This document shows positions 60,519-64,000 of a stretch of DNA of 64,000 nt, piece by piece. Location of the stretch: assembly GCA_002269645.1 (NCBI GenBank), contig NIVC01000260.1:62001-126000 (forward strand). The letters run 5' to 3'. How positions within the stretch are numbered: position 1 is the stretch's first letter; each line of letters starts with the position of its first letter. Both the position numbers and the translations under genes were made by a program. This stretch comes from Macrostomum lignano (lineage: Eukaryota). The notes under the pieces were generated by a model, which was given only the letters and a program-made list of their open reading frames with translations, was not told where the DNA came from and did no database searches.

Positions 60519-63500
60519 TCACTCTTTTAATGGTCGGAATTTCTCCTTGGTGATGGTCGATCGTCTCAGCATAGCGGCAGCGGTCGCCTGCTGCCTGCCG
60601 CCACCGCGCGCGGCGGCTTCGCTGGCCTCGTCCAACAGTCGGTCAGCGTTAGCGATATCCGCGCGCCAGATTTGCGCCGAGGTGACGCGCGATTCGGCGC
60701 GAGTTCTCGGCGCCAGCCAGGCGGCGTAGCGAATTTCGGCCGCGCGATCGAAAGCGGTTAGCGATTCCTGGGGATTTGGAATGTTTGGGGCGAGTGTGAG
60801 AGCAGATCGTTATTTTAGAAAGGTACCACTTTTTATGGCTGGGAGGCGTCAGATCAAGACAGGAGAGAGGGATATCAGATCTAATGACTAGAGAGAGGAG
60901 TGTCAGATCCTATGACTAGAGAGAGGGGTGTCAGATCCTATGACTAGAGAGAGGGGTGTCAGATCCTATGACTAGAGAGAGGGGTGTCAGATCCTATGAC
61001 TAGAGAGAGGGGTGTCAGATCCTATGACTAGAGAGAGGGGTGTCAGATCCTATGACTAGAGAGAGGGGTGTCAGATCCTATGACTAGAGAGAGGGGTGTC
61101 AGATCCTATGACTAGAGAGAGGAGTGTTAGATCCTATGACTAGAGAGGGGTGTCAGACCCTATGACTAGAGGGAGGGGTGTCAGATCCTATGACTAGAGA
61201 GAGGTGTCAGATCCTATGACTAGAGAGAGGAGTGTCAGATCCTATGACTAGAGAGAGGGGTGTCAGAATCTATGACTAGAGAGAGGGGTGTCAGATCCTA
61301 TGACTAGAGAGAGAGGTGTCAGATCCTATGACTAGAGAAAGGGGTGTCAGATCCCATGACTAGAGAGAGAGGTGTCAGATCCCATGACTAGAGAGAGGTG
61401 TCAGATCCTATGACTAGAGAGAGGGGTGTCAGATCCCATGACTAGAGAGAGAGGTGTCAGATCCCATGACTAAAGGGGTGTGAGATAATGACTAGATGGA
61501 GGGGTGCCAGATCCTATGACTAGACTGAAGGATGTCAGATCCAATGACTAGATGGAGGGGTGTCAGATCCTATGACTAGAGATAGGAGTGCCAGAACCTA
61601 TGACTAGAAAGGTGTCAGCCTGCTAAAGAAATAAGAAAATCCCAAACTGCTGACCTGTTCTCCAACCAGATCGTCCAACCGCGACTTCACATCTCGAAAC
61701 AGTCGCCGCTTGCGAAGCCAGTCGCCGTGGCTGCGCAGTTCGGCCAGGCGCATCCGAGCAAACTCGGCGTACAGGGCGGCCAGACGGGAGGCAGATTTCG
61801 CTTCGTGCTCGGCCACCAGGCGGCGAGCCACTGCGGACAGCTCTGCGTGCCAGGACTCCTCAGCTGATGGCGCCTGGGTTGGAGTGGGAGAATGCGCGGG
61901 TTTTCTTCTCAGTAAGCTATGGGGGTCTGGGAGGCTGGCCCAGCAACTGGGGATCGGGGAGGCTGGCCCAGCAACTGGGGATTTGAGAGGCTGGTCCAGC
62001 AACTGAGGATCTGGGAGGCTGGTCCAGCAACTGAGGATCTGGGAGGCTGGCCCAGCAACTGAGATCTGGGAGGCTGGCTGGCCCAGCAACTGAGGATCTG
62101 GGAGGCTGGCTGGCCCAGCAACTGGGAGGCTGAGATCCCAATACATTATCCTTGGTCATACCTTGAGCAGCGCCTTCACAGCCGCCCTGGCCTCTTCAAT
62201 AGCTTCCGGCCGGCACCGAGGCCGCTTGCCGGGCTCATTAACTTTGCCGTTGCCTAGGCAACGCGCCGACCCTAGCAACGAGTCGACAACCAGCAGCGTG
62301 GACTCGGACATGGCTGGCGGCTGCTGCTGCTGCTGTCGCAGGACGCTCAACAGCTCGTCCGGTTTCTCCCAGGCAGCCAGGCCGATGAGCAGACAGGCCA
62401 GCCCGGCCGGCTGTCCGGGCCATTCGGCCAGCAGACGGCGGCCAACTCTGGCCAGAGTGAGCCCGACCTGAAGTCGTTCCTCTTCTATGTCGAAATAATT
62501 GTCATAGTTCGGCCGGCGAATGTAGTCTACGATCAAGTGCTGCGTGTCCGAACTGTCGTCGTCTTCGTCCTCATCTTCGGCGGCTTCCTCGCTGTCGGCA
62601 TTGGCGTCGGCACTGACGGCTGTCGTCCACTCGGACAGTTGGTCGGCGGCTCGACTGATCGAAGCCAGCAGCATCAGACCGGTGCACGGCCAGCCGTCCG
62701 AGGGCAGGTCCTGGAAGAGAAGGCGGAGAGCCCAGTGTTTGAGAAATTCCCCTCTGAGTCTACTTGACTACTGTAGAAATTCCCCTCTGAGTCTACTTGA
62801 CTACTGTAGAAATTCCCCTCCGAGCCTACTTGACTACTGTAGAAATTCCCCTCTGAGCCTACTTGACTACCGGAGAAATTCCCCTCCGAGCCTACTTGAC
62901 TACTGTAGAAATTCCCCTCTGAGCCTACTTGACTACCGGAGAAATTCCTATCTGAGCCTACTTGACTACTGTAGAAATTCCCCTCTGAGTCTACTTGACT
63001 ACCGGAGAAACTCCCCTCTGAGCCTACTTGACTACTGTAGAAATTCCCCTCTGAGTCTACTTGACTACTGTAGAAATTCCCCTCTGAGCCTACTTGACTA
63101 CTGTAGAAATTCCCCTCTGAGTCTACTTGACTACCGGAGAAATTCCCCTCTGAGCCTACTTGACTACTGTAGAAATTCCCCTCTGACTCTACTTGACTAC
63201 TGTAGAAATTCCCCTCTGAGTTTACTTGACTACTGTAGAAATTCCCCTCTGAGCCTACTTGACTACTGTAGAAATTCCCTCAAGCAGCATTACCTGCAGA
63301 GCGTGATCAAAAGCCACCAGAGCAGCCAGTCTCGCATCGCCAGCCTCGTACAGGTGATCAATGAGCAGGCTGGCCGAGAACTGGTCCAAGAAGATGCCAT
63401 AGGTGAATTTATCGCGAAGCCAGTCAACCAATAGCTCGGCTTGGCCAAGCGAGATCATACACCTGACCAGGGCGTGATCGGTTGACTCCAACTTTCCTAG

Positions 63501-64000
63501 CGACTCTTGCGTCACCCGAAATTTAGCCAACACATTGGAAAAATAGGGCAAATAGGAAAGCTCAAAAGAATCTAATTTATTAGCGTAGATGTCGACATCA
63601 ACTGGGGCGACTGGTTCTCGCCTATCCAGGGCGCGCAGCAGCCCGTTGCCAAGATCCAACCCAGACACCGCGTCGTGCGCCGATAATCGCGACTGCCAAG
63701 CGTCCGGACAGGAGAAACTGGCGCTCAGTATGCTGCGCCTGCTCAGTGCCTGTTTATCAAGGAAGACAATAAAATGTTGATATTGCTACTGCAATAAGTA
63801 GACTAATAGGCGAATAAGATAAATCAAAAAAACATTGTAAATCAATTAAAATGCTGATATCCTACTGCAAGTAGAAAAACAAGGGTGAAGCATATTTTTC
63901 AAATCAAATAAATACAAGAATCAATGCATGCAATACCTGAAAAGTCGATTGCACTGGCAGTAGTTGGTGTCCATGTTTTAGCCAGCCAAAATGCTTGGCA
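60519..64000 (-). CDS. MRPS27: Mitochondrial ribosomal protein mS27 (PPR-like), 5'-truncated by the window edge; exons >64000-63937, 63749-63294, 62710-62162, 61873-61655, 60767-60519
   Basis: ...RRSILSASFSCPDAWQSRL..., PVAPVDVDIYAN, HALVR, DKFTYGIFLDQFSASLLIDHL...AALVAFDHALQ resemble MRPS27 (cf. NKVQYGIFPDNFTFNLLMD). All four introns are phase 0 GT-AG; ends ...KFRPLKE*. Confidence 0.85.
60880..61610. repeat. 28-bp intronic minisatellite GTCAGATCCTATGACTAGAGAGAGGGGT
   Basis: About 25 copies in the last MRPS27 intron. Confidence 0.95.
61920..62130. repeat. Intronic copy of the GGAGGCTGGCCCAGCAACTGAGGATCT minisatellite family
   Basis: About 7 copies; same unit and orientation as 7433-7860. 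Confidence 0.93.
62740..63280. repeat. 33-bp intronic minisatellite AGAAATTCCCCTCTGAGCCTACTTGACTACTGT
   Basis: About 16 copies; gives the (RNSPLSLLDYC)n ORF. Confidence 0.95.

Noticed and set aside
62544-63434. 296-aa ORF with (RNSPLSLLDYC)n resembling a leucine-rich repeat
   Set aside because: Antisense translation of the 33-bp intronic minisatellite of MRPS27.
1-64000. tRNA, rRNA or snRNA genes
   Set aside because: None recognised by eye; a tRNAscan-SE/Infernal run would be needed to exclude them.

Overview
Eukaryotic (animal) genomic DNA, not prokaryotic. GC-rich, poly-Ala/Gln-rich exons are separated by AT-rich intergenic DNA and by GT-AG introns that are mostly filled with minisatellites. 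The style suggests a free-living flatworm such as Macrostomum (inference only, not verified). I manually spliced eight protein-coding loci, with exon phases checked: RASEF/Rab45 (+, 4 exons), RhoGDI (-, 2 exons), Unkempt CCCH zinc-finger protein (+, 7 exons, last exon tentative), a secreted C-type lectin + PAN/Apple-like protein (-), a ~1480-aa TRP channel (-, 3 exons), histone H1 with a 1-nt frameshift (+), prominin (-, at least 7 exons, 3' end unresolved) and mitochondrial ribosomal protein mS27/MRPS27 (-, 5' end runs off the window). Also present are a decayed 1.6-kb Tc1/IS630-type DNA transposon with long TIRs, several MITEs (one hAT-type with a perfect 8-bp TSD) and more than 25 tandem-repeat arrays. 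The most notable observation is the channel: about 17 ankyrin repeats built from an alternating A/B doublet are fused to a membrane/TRP-box module with TRPM-type, not TRPA/TRPN-type, signatures. Also notable is that most of the longer introns carry their own private minisatellite, often abutting or forming the splice site. Most long ORFs in the supplied track are repeat or antisense artefacts.
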